NCBI RefSeq assembly: GCF_021246445.1
Contig: NZ_JAJQXW010000003.1
Coordinates: forward strand, 1-64,000
Direction of reading: 5' to 3'
Origin: Rhabdothermincola salaria
GTDB lineage: Bacteria > Actinomycetota > Acidimicrobiia > Acidimicrobiales > Acidimicrobilacustridaceae
DNA length: 64,000 nucleotides
Positions 61,712-64,000 of the stretch are shown here, piece by piece. Numbering within the stretch: the stretch's first letter is position 1; every line of letters starts with the position of its first letter. The notes beneath the pieces were generated by a model. It saw only the letters and a list, made by a program, of their open reading frames with translations, searched no databases and was not told the DNA's origin. The position numbers and the translations under genes were made by a program.

Positions 61712-63106
61712 TCAGGCGCCTCGGGGCGAACGGACCACGGGATCGGCGGCGGCGTGGCCGACGAGCGTCCGGAGGAGCTCCGGCACCGTACCGAGGGTGG
61801 GCCCGTGGCGGGGTCCCCGCCCGACGGCCTCCACCACGGCCCAGACGAGGTCCGGCGTGGCGACGAGTTCGAACGGCCCCGGCATGGCCCTCTCCCGCAG
61901 GCTGCGGGTGACGCGCTCCACCAGCTCGGGGTCCGTGCCCGGGTCGATCTCGAGGCTGTCGTGGGTTCCGCGCCCACGGACCCGCCCGACGGGGCCGGGC
62001 ACGGCCCGGTTCATCCACGCGGCCGTCATGGCGTGACCGAGGAAGGACCGGCGATGATCGATCCACGTCGTGTCGGCCGTGTGCTCGACCCGGGCGTCGC
62101 CGGCCGAACGCCGGTGCATCCCCCACTGTGCGGCCGGGAAGCGGGGCTCGCGGAACGCCCGCTCGGGATGCCCCCATCTGCGGGCCGCGTCACGGGTGCG
62201 TTCGAGCCCCGGTGAGACGGCCAGCGCCGGCGCCGCACCGGAGACGGCCCCTGCGGCGGCGACCACCTCGGCATCGCGGTGGCCGGAGGGGTCGTCGTGG
62301 CCCATCACGACCACGAGACCGTCCCGTAGCTCGAGTTCCTCGACGGACTTCCCCGACTCACCCATCATCGCCACGAGCCGGCGCACCACGAGGTCCTCGT
62401 CGTCGAAGAAGGGCCGGAGGCGGCCGAGGGAGTACCGACGCCGCACCTCCGGATCGAACGACGAGGGAACGGTGACGACGAGGTGTCGGCTGCCATCGGC
62501 GGACAGCTCGCCACGGAAGTGCACAACCAACGCGGCGGCTCCCTCGGTGAGCGACAGCCCAGCCGGTGCCGGACGCCAGTGCGCCTCCGTCCCCCAGCGA
62601 CGCGGGAGCACGAACGGCGTGGGGGGAGGGACGGTGGACGGCGCGGCCGGGTCCAGACGGAGGGCGTCGAGCTGTTCCGCGATGGCACAGGCCACCTCCG
62701 CCGGGCGGTCGTCGTCGTCACCGGCGGCGATGACGACGACCGAACCCTCGAGGAGGGCCACGACCTGGGTCTCCCGCCCGACCAGACCGTCGGTCGCGTC
62801 GGCCAGCGCCTCGGCCCAGGCGTCGCGCGGCAACGGGAGCACCTCGGGGTCGAGCCGGTAGGGCAGCACGCGCGGGACACCCTCGGTTCGCAGGGGCACG
62901 ATGGCACCGCGCCCGATGTAGACGACCTCGCGCACCTCACGCTGCGGCTCGTCCTCGCCGACGACGCCGAAGCGTCCGACCAACCGGGGGTGCTCGTCCC
63001 AGTCCACGTCGTGCAGGTGCACGTAGTCGACCGACAAGAGCCTCTCGACGGTGCCGTACAACACCGTGAGACGCCTGGCCACAACTCCTGCGCCCTCCTC
63101 GACCAT
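61712..63106 (-). CDS. Hypothetical protein
   Basis: 464-aa ORF with protein-like composition. TATCGT lies 6 nt before the ATG. No motif recognised. Confidence 0.6.
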   Translation of the reverse strand: MVEEGAGVVARRLTVLYGTVERLLSVDYVHLHDVDWDEHPRLVGRFGVVGEDEPQREVREVVYIGRGAIVPLRTEGVPRVLPYRLDPEVLPLPRDAWAEALADATDGLVGRETQVVALLEGSVVVIAAGDDDDRPAEVACAIAEQLDALRLDPAAPSTVPPPTPFVLPRRWGTEAHWRPAPAGLSLTEGAAALVVHFRGELSADGSRHLVVTVPSSFDPEVRRRYSLGRLRPFFDDEDLVVRRLVAMMGESGKSVEELELRDGLVVVMGHDDPSGHRDAEVVAAAGAVSGAAPALAVSPGLERTRDAARRWGHPERAFREPRFPAAQWGMHRRSAGDARVEHTADTTWIDHRRSFLGHAMTAAWMNRAVPGPVGRVRGRGTHDSLEIDPGTDPELVERVTRSLRERAMPGPFELVATPDLVWAVVEAVGRGPRHGPTLGTVPELLRTLVGHAAADPVVRSPRGA

Positions 63107-63330
63107 CTCCGCACGATACGGCGCCTGCCGAATCGCGGGTCGGCTGGCCGATCGGAGCAGCCTCGCCGAGCTGTACCAGTGCTACTCCAGCCCCGACGAG
63201 GTCGTGCGGCTTCGGGCCTCCAGCGCGATGAAGCGGGTCACGATCGCCCACGCGCCCTTGACCGGACGGCTTCGACCGATCGAGAGGTCACCGGGGCCGA
63301 GAACCCGGTGACCTCTCGTGGTCGTTCACA

Positions 63331-64000
63331 TCAGCTGCAGCCGCTGGTGGTGCCGCAGCTGGGGCAGGCATGGCAGCTGCCCGAACGCTGCATGACCACG
63401 CCGCACTGCATGCACATCGGCGCATCGTGGCTCACCGTGTGGGTCTCGCGCATGACCCGGCTCGAGCTCTGCGTCTCGGCGATCAGCGTCGACACCGACT
63501 CGATCGACGGCGGATCGGAGGCGATCTCGCGACCCTGGTTGGTCTCGACGATGGTCTCCTCCACCCCCGGCAGCGTGGGCTGCATGCGCTCGGCCGTGCT
63601 GAGGATGTTCAGTTCGGCGCGCTCCTCCACCGAGAGGTATTCGAGGGCCAAGCGGCGGAACAGGTAGTCCATCAGCGAGTTGGCGATGCGGATGTCGGGA
63701 TCGTCGGTCATGCCGGCGGGCTCGAAGCGCATGCCGGTGAAGGCGTCGATGAAGCTGCGCAGCGGCACGCCGTACTGCAGGCCATGGCTCACCGAGATGG
63801 CGAAGGCGTCCATGATGCCGGCGAGGGTGGAGCCCTGCTTGGACACCCGCACGAAGATCTCGCCGGGTCGGCCGTCCTCGTACTCGCCGACGGTGACGAA
63901 CCCCTTGCAGTCGGCCACCCGGAACTCGAAGGTCTTCGAGGTGCGGGTGCGGGGCAGCTTCTGGCGGACGGGCTCGTAGACGATCCGCTCGACCACGCGC
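63331..64000 (-). CDS. nrdJ: Class II (B12-dependent) ribonucleotide reductase, C-terminal part
   Basis: GEYEDGRPGEIF, KQGSTLAGIMDAF, GLQYGVPL, RFEPAGMTDDPDIR; terminal Zn ribbon CMQCG...CPSCGTTSGCS. Confidence 0.9.
   Translation of the reverse strand, partial: RVVERIVYEPVRQKLPRTRTSKTFEFRVADCKGFVTVGEYEDGRPGEIFVRVSKQGSTLAGIMDAFAISVSHGLQYGVPLRSFIDAFTGMRFEPAGMTDDPDIRIANSLMDYLFRRLALEYLSVEERAELNILSTAERMQPTLPGVEETIVETNQGREIASDPPSIESVSTLIAETQSSSRVMRETHTVSHDAPMCMQCGVVMQRSGSCHACPSCGTTSGCS

Overview
Very GC-rich bacterial chromosome window. Gene content and promoter style (F420-dependent LLM enzyme, DUF222/HNH genes, leaderless TAnnnT-N6-8-start promoters, GAAC-N4-GTTC-type SOS boxes) point to Actinomycetota, probably Acidimicrobiia (inference). 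About 52 CDS, mostly on the minus strand; no rRNA, tRNA, CRISPR array, integrase or transposase was seen. Blocks: (1) 0.8-7.2 kb, a PAS histidine kinase and single-domain response regulator divergent from a large REC/PAS/GGDEF/EAL protein. (2) 7.2-18.1 kb, the most unusual locus: an AfsR/SARP-type regulator, then 11-bp-period heptamer repeats in front of a translationally coupled operon (uncharacterised flavoprotein, small membrane protein, TauE/SafE transporter, atypical Ser/Thr kinase, Zn-ribbon FHA protein), then a transmembrane Ser/Thr kinase. (3) 18-55 kb, a lipid/steroid-type catabolic region: SDRs, a Liv-type ABC transporter with no binding protein in the window, acyl-CoA ligases, an ACAD pair, amidohydrolases, a hydratase and a CoA-transferase. 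(4) 55-64 kb, a Flp-pilin/collagen-like fusion, dinB with a LexA-type box, and the 3' end of nrdJ. Many ORF-track starts were moved to better-supported downstream starts. All family calls come from motif reading only; no searches were run.
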